From Lama glama (lineage: Eukaryota): a stretch of 64,000 nucleotides of DNA. Below, one piece after another: positions 25,266-38,300 of this stretch (positions within the stretch are counted from its first letter, which is position 1; the number at the start of each line of letters is the position of its first letter). The notes beneath the pieces were generated by a model that made no database searches, had not been told where the DNA came from, and saw nothing but the letters and a program-made list of their open reading frames with translations. The stretch is from assembly GCA_028534125.1 (NCBI GenBank), contig CM052832.1, positions 6,636,001 to 6,700,000 on the forward strand, in the 5' to 3' direction. Position numbers and translations under genes: made by a program.

Positions 25266-28200
25266 GTAAGAAGGCTGGCTGCTCCTGGAAGGTGAGGAGA
25301 TGGGGCGTTATCTTCCAGCTATTTCCGTTGCTCCTTTGTGGTTGATGTTTGGAAGTTTTTGAAAATGTTTACTTGGCCCTCTTCTTGGCGTGCATAGCAG
25401 GAGAAGAGGAGCCTGTTCTGTTCCCAGTCCACACTTGGGGTGCACAGGACAAGGTTGGACATGAGACTGTGATGAGTGGAATCTCACTGTCTGCAGCTCT
25501 GATGTCCGTCTTACAAAACAGTGGTGCAGGGAACAGTCATTGCGGGAGATACCCCTTGGGCTAGGGAGCAGATTTATTTAAAAAAAAAAGTTTTATTTCC
25601 CCCTATTCTGCTCAAACCATAAATTGCCTTTCCTCGACAGCCCAAGCTCTGTTTTCACCCCAACCCTCCTGCAGTTTGATGTCGGTTCTAAAAATAGCTT
25701 CTTCAACTGGGTCCTGTTGCACTTTTTAGAAAGATGAATTGGTTGACTGTCTCCGTCTTGCTTTGCTCACTAATTGTTTCACGTGTGTTTTAAGAATTTG
25801 CATGAACACGCTTCCCTCCTTGATTTGAAATAATTAGGGAATGAGGTTGTGTGTGTCCAAGGATTTTCCAGAAGATGAAGTTTGCATTTTAAAGAGCAAA
25901 CTTGATTTAGTGTACGTATTCTTGGAAATCAGTAAATATTCCTTTTGGAAATCTTTCTGAAGTTCGTTTCGGTTTTCTCTCCCCTTTTAAGTAGGGAGTC
26001 TAAATGGCTCAGACCTTCCCTGCTGGATGTGGATTTTCAATTGTAAATGTCCACTATTACGCTGTGTTTAAAACACGGCCAGCTCTTTTGGGAGATAGGA
26101 AAGGGCCTTTTTTCTAAACTGAAGTGTGCCTCTGTGTAAGATTAAGAGCAGGATTTGTGGTTGCTGTTTCACAGACTTGGGCTGTTTTTACCCAGTGCTC
26201 AAGTCCATACTCTGTTGTCTGAACACAGTTACTGGAAGTCTTTGTTCTGGATTTGGTTGGTTTGGTAAGCCATCCTGATAGCCCAGAGGACTAGGAATTA
26301 TTTCAAGCCGTTTAAAGATAGTTTTATAATTATATTATTTTGGAGTTGAGTAGTTGAAATGATAGGCTAAAAATAGCTTGAAATCCAAGGAATTACATGT
26401 GATTAGAACCCCAAGAGCTATGATCACCATACTATTGAAGCAAGAAAATGGCACACAGCCCTTTTGCAAAGAAACTGGGAATTCTGCTCTTGGATTATAA
26501 CCAGGTTATAGCACAGGTCATGGTTTATTCAGAGCACTTTCCCTGAAATCTACCTGACATTAACCATGAGATACAGTTCCATATTTTCTTGTTCTGTCAT
26601 CTATTTAAATATCAACAATTAGAAGGATTTCCCTTAGAGGTTTAATAGAGGTTTTGATTCTTTCCTGATTAAATACTTCTCAGTAGATTAAAACAGGAAG
26701 ATTTAGGGGGTTGCTAATCTCATTCAGGAGTGCAGCTCAAGAATGGCTGATCCAATGAACCAGAGCTGGTTACATAGAAATGGCTGGGGAGTGGTTCACG
26801 GGAATCTGTCCATGTCTATTTTGGTCTGATCTGTGATTGAATAATAGATTACCAAATATTCTCATTTAATTTGCATGCAAAGTTGATACATCACAGTTTG
26901 ACAAACAGTATTTGACTTTAATATAACCCTGATAAAATACTGAGGTGAAAACAATATGATGTAGCTCAGTGGAACCAGCTTGAAATGATTGAGATCACAA
27001 AATTTTATAGTCAAGGAGGTGAATTTTATAATTGGCCAGTGTCTACCTAATTAAACTTATTAAATGAGACCGAAAATCTTTCGCCTTGGTGCGATGTTAC
27101 AGCCTGCGTTTGTGGAATGTCTCCAGGATGTCCAATAACCTGATCCAGACTCAGTTTTGATGTGATTATTTGTACAGTGTTGAGGGCGACAAAGAAAGAT
27201 GATCAGATACCAAATGAACTAATCACAGAGGCAGGATCACCGAGACTCTAGAGAAAAAAGTGTTTGACCTCACAGCTCCCGTTTTTATTGCCATATGTTT
27301 CTCTTCATGTTCCAAACTTTTCTTCTTTTACGTCCATTCGTCTCCCTCCTCCCAGCTATCTTAATAAAACTCATTGTCCGTATGTCCTTCTCTCAGGATA
27401 GTCTTACCACAGTGTTCAAAGTTCATGAATCTGAGCCACGAATTCTGATGGTGGTTATCCTTCCCGAAGGGTGGACACTTGGGGGCACTGTGCTGAGTGG
27501 GTGGGAGATATTTTTAGGTAAAGGGAAAAGAATCAAGACGCCTTTCCAGCGCTTGTATTTGCCTATGGCCAAAGGTGGCTGTGGGGGCTGTCTGAAATAT
27601 TTGGCTTTGGGAAGATGAATGCCTTCAGCAGCCTGGAATTATCAGGGAGATAAGACCTCATAGGTGAAGCTTAGTTTTAATTTAGAGGTCCAGGTGGGGA
27701 GGTAGTGACACGTGTAACTTGCTTTGGCGAAGTTACTCACTTTGGCGAAGTTCTTTCCTTCTTGGCACAACCTACTTTTTGGATTCATCATTTCGTGATG
27801 TTGGTGGACTAGAGTTTAACTTGTTTGTTGCAATTATTATAAAGCATACATTTTAACCTCTTAGTTGGGTGGGAATTAAAGCTCTTGCTTTCTGACTTTC
27901 ATGATTAAGTCTGGCGGTCATCTCTTTTCTGTTTTCCCATCTATCGGAGATACTTTTCCTAAGCCCTTTTCCTGTTTGAGGTAATTTGGAAAGTCCTGGC
28001 TTGGCCTGCTCTTAATATAGGTAACACCCCAGGATATGATCTTCTGGTTATCTTTGTTTCTGCTTATCAACATGATAAATATTCCAATATGCTCATTTCT
28101 GTGATCCTATTTAAATTCTAGGTTCTGACGCCTAAAGAACACTTTTTTTTCCTAACAGCTTCTTGAGGACTGTGATGTTCAGTCCAGTTTTCTGTGAGGC

Positions 28201-29214
28201 AGAATTCTGTGTGCTTGTATTTTGATTTGATGCTTTTGCAAGGCGTGGGCACATGCTTCAGTGTGGCTTGTTGTGGTCCAGATGGTTGAGATTTGTTTAT
28301 ATAACACAAAGCAGAGCCGGAGCTGGAGGAAATTGGCATCTGAAACCAATAAATGCAGATTGCCGCTTGCATGCTACAGCTTGCAGCATAAATATTTTTG
28401 TACGAAACACATTTAGAACGGGGATCTTCACAGCATGTAACGCCTAAAAGTTACCAGGGGTCATTAACCTTTGGCAGGTTCCCCTCGATTGCCTCTCTGG
28501 ATCTAGTGAGGCTGCAAAACTCATCTCAAGGCAGGCGAGGCTGGAGGGACACCCTGCGGGCTGCCCTTGTCTGTGCTGAAGGGAGGTAAGGGGCTGTTCT
28601 GTGAGGCATCGGCACTCACTGGTAGTTAAAGGGAACAGTGGATCAGCCACCTTGAAACCTTGAACCACACTCAGTCCAATAAGGAGAAGCCTGGAAGGTG
28701 AGTTGATGTTGGCCTGCAGAATTTTTGAATTCATTTAGTTTATTAATAGTAACAGTAGCAGCAGTCTCTTACATAGCGTATGTAGCCAGGCGCCAGGTAC
28801 TCTTCCGAATGCTTTCTGGACCTTGAGCCCTTTCATCGCCATGACGACCCCAAGAGGGTGGTCTTTTTTGCCTCTCTGCCTCCTGGGCACGTGGCAGGTT
28901 TGTATTCCCTGAACAGCCCTCCCCTCCACGAGTTCTGGAAGTGACCTGTGCTGCTTCCAGCCCCAGCATTTAATTACCGATGTTTGACCCTGAAGGATGT
29001 TCTTCTCACTCTGCTAGGGCAGCTGACACAGCGCTGGGTGTGCCTGTCCCGGCAGTCTGGCTCACGGAGCGAGGACCAGGATGACAGAGCAGGGTCCTGG
29101 CCAACCTGTGAAGAACGTGCAATGCGACAATGACAACATAAGCCTTTGTTACTTTAGGTCGCCGGGATTGAGGGGTTGGTTGTTAGAAGGTGACTCAGTC
29201 CATCTAGGTTAATA

Positions 29215-29335
29215 CAGTGAGTATGATTCTCCCCATTTTTCAGATGAGAATGCTGAGGCGCAGAGAGGGTGCGTGCAGGCTCCCAGCTGGGAGTGGCAGA
29301 GCAGGGATTCAGACCGGAGTCTGTGCTCTTAAACC
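29215..29335 (-). mobile_element. MIR SINE relic
   Basis: ccccatttttcagatgagaatgctgaggcgcagagagg...gtggcagagcagggattcagacc. Confidence 0.75.
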
Positions 29336-29814
29336 TTGTGCAGGACTGTCTCCTGATAGACAAACATTTATTGAAAACAGGTGTGATGCTTGGCCCTGGG
29401 GACACAATGGTGAACAAGGCAGCGTAAACTCATTGAATTTAAAGACTCCCGAAGACAATTCAAACAAGAAAACAATCATCTTAAATCCACTGATGCTACA
29501 TCAAAGGGGCATTTAATATATATTTTCAACTCTATTCACTGCTTTATATATACACACATACACACATGTGCGTACACACATACACACATGTGCGTGCACA
29601 CACACAGAGGTTTCTTATTGCTTTTGTTACGTTGTTTTGTTTCTTAAATAAGCGGGCATTTCTGCCAACCATTAAAGAATATATTCTACCAGAAAGGGCA
29701 TAAGATCAGAGCCCTGGTGCCACCAGTCTTTTACCTTTGTTCTTCTCATTCCTGGATCATCTCAGTGCCTCCTGAGTGGTTGGAGTGATTCTCTGTTCAA
29801 AGATGCATCTTTTT

Positions 29815-30060
29815 CTTTCTTTCAGCTTTTTTTTTTTTATTGAAGTGTAGTTGGTTCACAATGTTGTGTTAGTTTCTGGCGGACACAGTGCTTCAGATAC
29901 ACATATATACACTCCTTTTCATGTTCTTTTTCATATAGGCTATTGCAAGGTATTGAATACAGTTCCCTGTGCTGTACAGTGCGACCTTGTTGTTTATCTG
30001 TTTTATATATGAGTGTGTATCTGCAAATCTCGAACTCCTAATTTATCCCTCGACTCTCCC
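29815..30060 (-). mobile_element. L1 3'-end fragment
   Basis: Poly-T plus attgaagtgtagttggttcacaatgttgtgttagtttctgg...gtattgaatacagttccctgtgct...ctcctaatttatccc; degenerate TSD aaagatg(c/t)at. Confidence 0.9.
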
Positions 30061-30291
30061 CAAAAGATGTATATTTTTCATTCAGTGTGATCACTGATAC
30101 AAACCAGCTCTTTCTAGAGCTCCGCTGAGGGAACAGCGATCTTGTCTAATACTGGCAGCATTGTGAGGGCAGCCTCAAGGATTCTCTGAGTTAAACACGT
30201 ATCAACAGTTTTTACTTGATTCCCCGCCCAAGATTTGCCTTTACTCCAGTCTGACAGGGAATGAGAATGTTCACTTTGTACTTTACAACTG

Positions 30292-30587
30292 CAGGTCCAC
30301 AGTCCCTTCTCTGCAGGACTGACATCTGAAAAACTCTAAAAACAGACTTTTCGTAATCCGTTTTAAGACCAAACCGCGCTTGACCTAATTGATTTGGAAT
30401 CTAATCAGTGTTGGTGGGGAGCTTCTTCTAGTGTGAAAAGTCATCCGTCTCTTTGCAGAAGTATTCTTATCTTCAACCACTGGGGGCTGCCCCAGACTTT
30501 GATGGATGTGAGGCATGGGTACCATATTACATTCGAATTCCAATCATTTCTGGCCCTACGAATTATAGACAGTGGTCTGTGGACCTG
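30292..30587 (+). mobile_element. Tigger-type MITE (MER46C-like), degraded
   Basis: Terminal inverted repeats caggtccacag ... ctgtggacctg; internal similarity to the copy at 59887. Confidence 0.65.
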
Positions 30588-32794
30588 CAGAACATATACA
30601 ACTGTACCTACATCCCATGTCCAAAAGGAAGAATGAACATGTCACTCAAATCTGCAGTGGCATCAAGAAGGGAGACTGAGATGCTGGTATCCATCGGGGA
30701 TACGGGAAGTGCTGAAGATGGGATGGGCACCGGGCATCGATACAGCCTGGGTGAACTTCCAAGTCAAACTTGGACAGTCTCTGAGTCTCCTTCCTTGAGT
30801 GTCCACAGTCGAAAGTCTCTGACCTTGACCTGCTGTGTCTGCTCGTCCTGCCCTCCTCCCTTCTCCTGGTCCCCGACTGATGGTCTGGTCTGGGTCCAGA
30901 GCAAGACTCCCAGCCCACCAGGGAGAGTTACTGTTCCATGCACCCGATTTTCTTAGCTGAGAGGAGCTTCTGTTGTAAAACACCTGTGCTGCCCCCACAC
31001 ATCTTGCTTCTCTTCATTTGTTTCTTTTCCTCTCTTCTACTGTGAAGTGCTGGCAGGCAGATAAAATTTGTATTCTGCCTCGTTGTGTTTCCAGCACCTT
31101 GCTCAGGGCCTGACGCCTAGCAGGGACTCAGTCACTAAGGGATTGGACCTCCACTTCAGTGATGACTAAATTAAGACACAGAGGGGTGCATTTTCCAGGG
31201 TTGGCTGATTGGTTAGAGAAACAGCAGAGTCGAGGGAGGCCTCGGGACGTTTTAAGTCTTGTCCATCACCCACCTACGTCGCCACCTCTAAATTCTACCA
31301 CGGAGAACCGGCCTGGGAATAAAGTTGGCTATCCATCAGCATAACATTCAGGTCAAAACACGGAAGGCAGGGAGAACTCAGGCGATGGGATAGCAAGACT
31401 GAAGTGTAAAGACATGGAGTCCCTATCACTCTTGTAGTTAAGATACAACACTCGTACAAAGAAGCCTGTTTTACATGTCAGTTCATATTTCCATGATACC
31501 TTAAGCTTTTAGAGGTGACTGACCTACGTAGTAAGCCGAGAGAGTGAGAAATGAGAAGTGCCTTAAACACATTTGTTTCCATAACTACTCCTAGAGAAGA
31601 AAAGGGAGAGATAAGAAAAGGCAGCAAGGAAAGATGAAATCTGGGGCTTTGAAAGATCTTAGGAAGCTTGTTACGGGACTGGTTTAAGGCTGGTTGAAAA
31701 ATTCATGCTGGGGACACAGAGCCAAGGATGAGCACGCAGATAGCGATCTACTGTGGCTTAAGTGTCGCTGAACATAGGCTGAGAGAAATTAAAGTGACGT
31801 GGACTCTTGCGACCTAAGGGTGGGGAAAGGATAACAAAGCCTTAGGTCGAAATAGCCAAGCAGGAAACGCTTAAGTTAGACACCAAATCCTGAAGGAGTA
31901 CTTGGGAGCTCCGCTGCCCCTCTCATGCTGCTCATCCTTTACGGGCAGAAGTGGCGTCTACCGATTTGATTGTTGTTCTAAAGGACGTCTACACTGTAAA
32001 AAGACAGTGCGTGCCGCTGTACTCAGTAAGTTGGTCCTGTTTTCTGTTTCCTCCAGACGGTGACGAGGAACGGTGATTAGTCACCACTCATCACTTGGGG
32101 ACACCTGCCAGGTGAGAGCCCAGTGTGGGGCAGATTTCAAAGCTGCTTTAGGACATTCCCTGGAACCTTAGCCTTTCTTGAAGTGACTAAAATATTCCAG
32201 AGGCATATTTAGCGTCTTGCTTCTCCACAGCACTGTGTGACTCCCTGGGGCTCAGGAGCCTGACAAGCCACTCAAATGCCCCACTTAACTCCTGGAAATG
32301 ATTGAGGCAGTGGGAAGAAGTAAGCCTGATGTGTGCAGAGCTGAGAGCGTTTGGTTTCTGTGCTGAAGAGGGGGTGAGCGTAGATTCTTGGTAGTGCCCA
32401 GGGAAAACCAGCTGCCGTGTTCTGGTTAGTCTGCAATGCTACTGAAGACAGACTTGGCGCTTCCTTCCCTTTTGGGGCAAATGAAGGGACTTGGAACCCA
32501 GTTCATATGGTCACCATCAGAGCTACTGCTAGCCTGTGCAGTGACTCTGAATTATCAGAAGGCACTGCTGTGGGCAGAAGCTGTCCTAAGGCACACTGCC
32601 TGGGGCAAGGCAGGTAAATTTGCAAAAATGGTGCCATTTCCTGTGGGCCAACGGGATAGATGAAGCCCTGAGCAGTTGTGGGTGGCTTGACAGGTGGAGG
32701 GCAGACTGGATTTCATCCTTCACTCCCTCCCTGGACCAGGAGGCCTTAAGAAGTGCACAAAAGGCACACCCATCACAGTAGTCCCAGTTTAAAA

Positions 32795-33419
32795 GGAGAT
32801 TCCTTAAAAATCTAAAAATAGATTTCCCCGATGATCCAGCAACCCCACTCCAGGCATGTAGAGGAAACTCTAATTCAAAAAGATATATCCACCTCAATGT
32901 TCATAGTAGCACTATTTACAATAGCCAAGATGTGGAAGCAACCTAAATGTCCATTGAGTGATGACTGGATAAAGAAAATGTGGTGTGCACATGCGCACAC
33001 ACACACACACACACGCGCGCGCGTGAGCGCAATGGAATACTACACAGCCATAAAAAAGAATGAAGTAATGCCATTTGCGGCAACACAGATGGACCTAGAG
33101 ATTATCACACTAAGTGAAGTAAGTCAGGCGAAGAAAAGCAAGTATCATGTGATATCACTTACATGTGGAATCTAAAATATGACACAAATGAACTTATTTA
33201 TAAAACAGAAACAGACTTGCAGACACAGAAAAGAAACTTATGGTTCCCGGGGGGCGGGGATGGAGAGTAGGGGAGAGGGGAGGGATAAATTGGGAGTTTG
33301 GGATTTGCAGATACTAATGACTTATATAAAATAGATAAGCAACAAGATCCTACCATATAGCACAGGGAAATAGATTCAATACCTTGTAATGGCCTCTAGT
33401 GAAAAAGAATATGAAAAGG

Positions 33420-33422
<3 letters not shown>
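32795..33422 (+). mobile_element. L1 fragment: ORF2 C-terminus plus 3' UTR, terminal segment missing
   Basis: ORF 32831-33175 gives MFIVALFTIAKMWKQPKCP..WIKKMW..EYYTAIKKNE..FAATQMDLEIITLSEVSQ, the L1 ORF2p C-terminus. Interrupted by a (CA)n(CG)n tract; ends in (TA)n. Confidence 0.93.

Positions 33423-33470
<48 letters not shown>
33423..33470. repeat. (TA)n microsatellite
   Basis: About 24 perfect TA units. Confidence 0.97.
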
Positions 33471-33473
<3 letters not shown>

Positions 33474-36400
33474 TCAGTGTTTTTAGGGGGAGACCCACTG
33501 ATCAGGTACATGACATAGTTAAGAGTTTTCATCAAATATGTTGAAATATCATATCTTGTACTTTGTTCTAAACCTACAGTTTCCCACCAGGTTTGTAGCT
33601 ATCATTAACTCCGAGCCATTCAGTGTATCATTCACACATAGCGTACACTGCCTTATGGGATAGTCTAGTCCAGCTGGGGGACTGTAAGTAACCTTGAGGG
33701 CTGCAGAGCAAGCCTCTGTGTCCTGCGCGCCCTTGCACAGCTCTGAACACAACACTGCACTGATGGGGGAGCAGAAGGGCCAGTGGAAGGGTTTGGGTTC
33801 AGCTGCACTTGGGTCCAAATCCGGCCTCATCTGCATACTAATTACGGGAACTCGACCAGCTTAACTTCTTTGACTCTCAGCTCTCTCTTTGGTGAAGTGG
33901 GTTAACCATCCCTGCTTCATAGGTTTGTTATGGGATTAAATGAGATGAAATGGGTAGAGGAGGTGGCCCCATTCTAGATCTTCTTGGTAAACACAGGCCC
34001 CTCCCTCCTCCTTCATTTTTCTTCCCACCACACGTGCCTGTGACTCTCTCTGGTTCCAGGAAGGAAGAGCATTTCTGCAAACATGTAGACCTAGACAGCC
34101 CGTGTGCAGTGGAAGATGAGTGAAAGGCTTCCTTCCGCCGGCCCCTTGTAGAGCCCTAACGAGGCTGCACTTTTATACCACAGCCTTCGGTGTCAAGAAC
34201 GTTTGGTTTTTGCCGCATGAAATCTGTTTCCGCGTTGGTTGTAGGACACACATTTGCTGTTCCCTGTGTAAGATTCGGGCGATATGTTTCTTGTGAAATG
34301 TAGCACCGAGAATACTTTGTTTACCCCGAGGAACTGGCTGTCTTCTCATTAGGGGCAGAATGTAACTTACCTGTTCCCAGGGAGCTCAGAGTAAAAATCA
34401 GTGCTCAGCCACAGCCACTGGACTTCTTCTTAGTGGTCTTGGATATTCTGTTTCTCTCGACTTAAACCTAATTGTGTGTATGTGTAATGAAAAACATTTG
34501 TCTGACTTATCTGATCACATTTCGTTCATATTTCTGTGTTTATATTGCTCATATTGTTTTATGAAACAATCATCTTTCAGCACATAAGGAGGCTGGCCTG
34601 GGGTCACTAAGGGTGTGTTTTACAGATGCTTTAAACTCCACTATGAATAGAAAAAAATCACTTAAATTAATAGAATATTCTCTCCCTCCCTCCCTCTCTC
34701 TATGTATATATTTAGATACACATTAAAAATATATATTTAGAATAACACACAGAGACTTTTTTGGCTATAGCTCACATTATTTGGAAGAATAATTTTTAAA
34801 CATCTTCAAGGAAAAAATGAAACTTGGCCGTCACAGTGAACAACAGCCCCTCCCACAGCACGTGGGGCCAGCATGGTTTTAGAAAAGCCCCCGGTCAGGT
34901 AACTGTTTCTTAAATTTGACTCAAATCTGATCGTTATTCTTTTGTGCATTTGTGAGAACATGAACACATGTAAACCATTTGAGGACATGTGTATTTAAGT
35001 TTGCTCTTGGACCCTTAAGACCTACAGCCAAATGACTTGAAGGGAACGTGCTGCGGTTTCAAGGTCTGACACCTGAGATTTTTATTCTTTCCTTCAACTT
35101 GGCTGTTTTCTCCTTGGTACCATGTTCTCTCCAGTTGCAAAACTTGGAACAGATGTCCACTTACAATGAATCATTATGTCAGTGAAGTTCAAGGTTTTGC
35201 AAGGAGCATGGAAGAGAAAGGAGTTCGGCTCATCAAAGAGTCTCTTCTGAAAATTTCAGAAAAATGAGAGTCTTCAGTGTCCAAAATTTGGCTCTGATAA
35301 CTCACTTTCCTTAAATCTGCCTCCTCCAGAGAGTCCTGCTCTACACGTGGGGGTCGGAAGGATGAGGACATCATGGTTTACAAAGAGGAAGAGAAGCAGA
35401 GCCTGCACTGGGTTTCCTCACCCAGCCTCTGCCTCGCTTCCTGTTGGCAACTGGGCTCCCAGCTCCCGTGGGGTCGTCTTTCCCCCAAACAAGCGTCTCT
35501 GAGTTCACGTGTCTGAGCTGGTGGGGTCTCTTTCAAAGCGCCCCATTGATAGCGCATTCTTTGCAACGCTTACAGTGATGTGAAGGCTTTGTATGCAGGG
35601 TGGATTTGAGGTGGTGGAAACAAACAAGCCACTCAGAGCCGTGTTCGGTGATTCAGGGGGGCAGCCAACCCGAGTCAGACCATTTTCATTTAAAAACAAC
35701 GTGTGCGAAACACCAGGATGAGAAATAGCTACTAACTCATAGGAACGATTTCTTTCTGGAGCTTGGGAACTGACTCTTGGGAATTCCAGAAAGGCACGAT
35801 GAGGGAACAAGGTCACCTTACTTAACGGGAAACGCTTGGCTGCACGTGTAAGACGGAGTGTAGTAAGTAAGACGCAGAGCGGTCTCATTCTGCACGTTGA
35901 TAGCGCACCCAGCCCTGACTCTCGGTCCCCCGTCCCTTGCTCCGTTCCTGGCTGAGCAAAGCAAGCCTAAGAACAGATAGGTTGGCTGCGGCGGGAGCAG
36001 CATCCTGTCCCCAGGTGTCTCCTGCAGTGGCCCGGAGTCTTCTGGATCTTGAAGACTATTTCCTGATCAAGAATTCCCTTTTTAATGAATAACCCCCTAG
36101 GACACATTATAGCCTACGATATCCTAAGGTAGCGAATCTACCTCCCCGGGGCAGGGCAGTGGCTCGGGAAGATGCTAGCAAGGGGAGGGAGTCCTGCACT
36201 GAGCAGTCCGCTCCATCCACCCACTGCCTACTTAACAGGTACTGAAACTCCACCGTGTCCCAAGCATTGCTCCTGGCACTGGGAGCACAAACACCAAGTG
36301 AGACGCAAGCCTTCGTGAAGCTTAATGTTTCCTGGGGTCTGACATTTAGAGTCCAGGTCGGGGGAAGTGAGAGATGGAGGCGGATGCAGTGGGAGCCCAG

Positions 36401-37949
36401 GTCACGGGCCCCCTCACGGGAGAAAGAGAAGGCTCTGGAGTCCCTGGGACGTATTTCTGTGTTTTGCTTTGAGTGCTACCTTGCACCTAATAGGAGTCTG
36501 CACGGGGACCCTCCTTTGCTGTGGAATGTGCTGGCTGCAGTGACGTGAGGGCAGGATTCTCCAGCCCACCTCTTGTGTCACCAGCACTGTGGTCCTGTTT
36601 GGGAAGGACACCTGATGAGTGAGGGTGGCAGAGGGGAAGACTTGACTTTGGCAGGGGCTTCCTCTTTGACGCGCAGATGCAGCTGCGGGGGCAGGCGACG
36701 CGCGGGTGGAGCATTCTCTCCGTGACCCACCTGTCCTTCCCCCACCCTGTCCCCCCCGCCCCCGGCAGCAGGCGAAATGCTTGCCTTCCCCTGAAGACGA
36801 GCTGTGAGCTTGCTTATTTTAAAAACTGCAACCTGTGAGGAGAGCGGGTGTTCTTTGACAGCGTGACATCATTGAAGCCTCTAGGTGTTGAGTCATCATT
36901 ATTTTTAGGCAGCTCTATGCTTTTTTCGGTGGTTCTAAGAATAGCCCTTGTGTCTGGACTCTCCAGAAAGTCACCTCATTAGAGAGCCTGTCAGTGCTCC
37001 CCGGTGGGAATGGAACGCTCTCTCCATTTCCAGATCCAGGGCACACGGTTTGGAGTTTTACCTCCCCGACATCCTGCCCTCTTAGGCTTTCCGTCGTCAA
37101 CGTGAGGGCTTTGCCGGGAAGGGTCACTTGGATCTGTTCAAACCTGTGTCAAACGTACTCGTTATAAACAGCAGCGGCATGAACAACGAGATAAAAAGCC
37201 TTCTTTCCTGTGAGCCCTGTGGCCCCATCGTCTTTGCTCAGTCCGCGTTTGGCTTGTGACTGCCTTTCACCAGTGACTTCTCCCGAATTTTTCAGCATTT
37301 CAAGAGCTATTTCTACGCCTTGTGTTTTACAGATGAAGCAACTTGGATCCCTCACACGCGGATGTGGGGTAGGGGATGCTACTGTTGGCGTCTGTGCAGG
37401 AAGGACCAACTAGGAGGCCAAAATAAACATTGTGAGAGGCTGTTAAACTAAACAAGCGTATAAATTGTAAACTGGAACTGGAACTGGGTGGCAGGGCAAT
37501 AAGACGGACTGAGCAAGACCAGCAGTGGGACTTCGTGGGTCAGTACAGAGGCCGGTCCTCCCGCACTGCCTGTCCAGAGCATATGCCCAAATAGGATTGC
37601 TGTACTTTATGGGACTCTCTGAAGCCCAGAAGAGCACTGACGGCTCGTCAGCTCAGCCAGCTGCTGTTCTGACTAAAGCATAAAGCGAAACAGCTGCTCG
37701 GAATAAAACGGGGTGGTTGTTTCATATTATATGAGCGTGGACCTTTGTGTCTGGAGGGTGTCCCGAGACTGGAATCGGAGTGTAGCCGGCAGGACCGGCG
37801 CACGTGATGATGCGCTGGCCGCCGAGTGCAGGCTGGGAGGGCTGACCTGCGTTTTGAGCTTAGGCACCCTGACGGGGTTGGTTCTGCTTTGACCGTCTCA
37901 GAGCTCAGCCCTCCCCCCTGCACGGGTCACCCTGTCTCTAACTGGGAAA

Positions 37950-38300
37950 TGGTATGTAGCATCGTGGTCAAGAGAGTAGGCCCTACGTCTGTCAGTCCAG
38001 AGCCAAAAGACAGTTCCACTGCTAACTCCTGCGGGACCATGGGCAGTTTATTTAAAACATTTTTTTTGTTTGCTTGTTTTTGGTGTGGGGGAGGTAATTG
38101 GGTTTGTTTATTTATTTGATGGAGGTTCTGGGGAGTGAACCCAGGACTGCATGCCTGCTAAGCATGTGCTCCACACTGAGCTCCACCCTCCCCTCTCCAC
38201 GGGCAGTTTACTTCATCTTTCCAAACAGCAGTGTCTTCACAGCATCGAGGAAGAGAGTTTCCCTCCGAGGGCTGCTGGGAGGATACAAGTGATGTGTAAC
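37950..38300 (+). mobile_element. MIR relic interrupted by a camelid SINE
   Basis: ggtatgtagcatcgtggtcaagagag...ccactgctaactcctgcgggaccatgggcagtt, resuming after 38197. Confidence 0.55.
38054..38196 (-). mobile_element. Camelid vic-1-like SINE
   Basis: ggaggttctggggagtgaacccagga...ctgagctccaccctcccc; TSD cca(t/c)gggcagttta(t/c)tt at 38037-38053 and 38197-38213. Confidence 0.9.

Noticed and set aside
25029..25295. 88-aa ORF as listed in the track
   Set aside because: Only 25041-25265 is exonic; the extensions cross the splice acceptor and donor.
32831..33175. 114-aa ORF with protein-like sequence
   Set aside because: Decayed L1 ORF2p C-terminus interrupted by a microsatellite, not a host gene.
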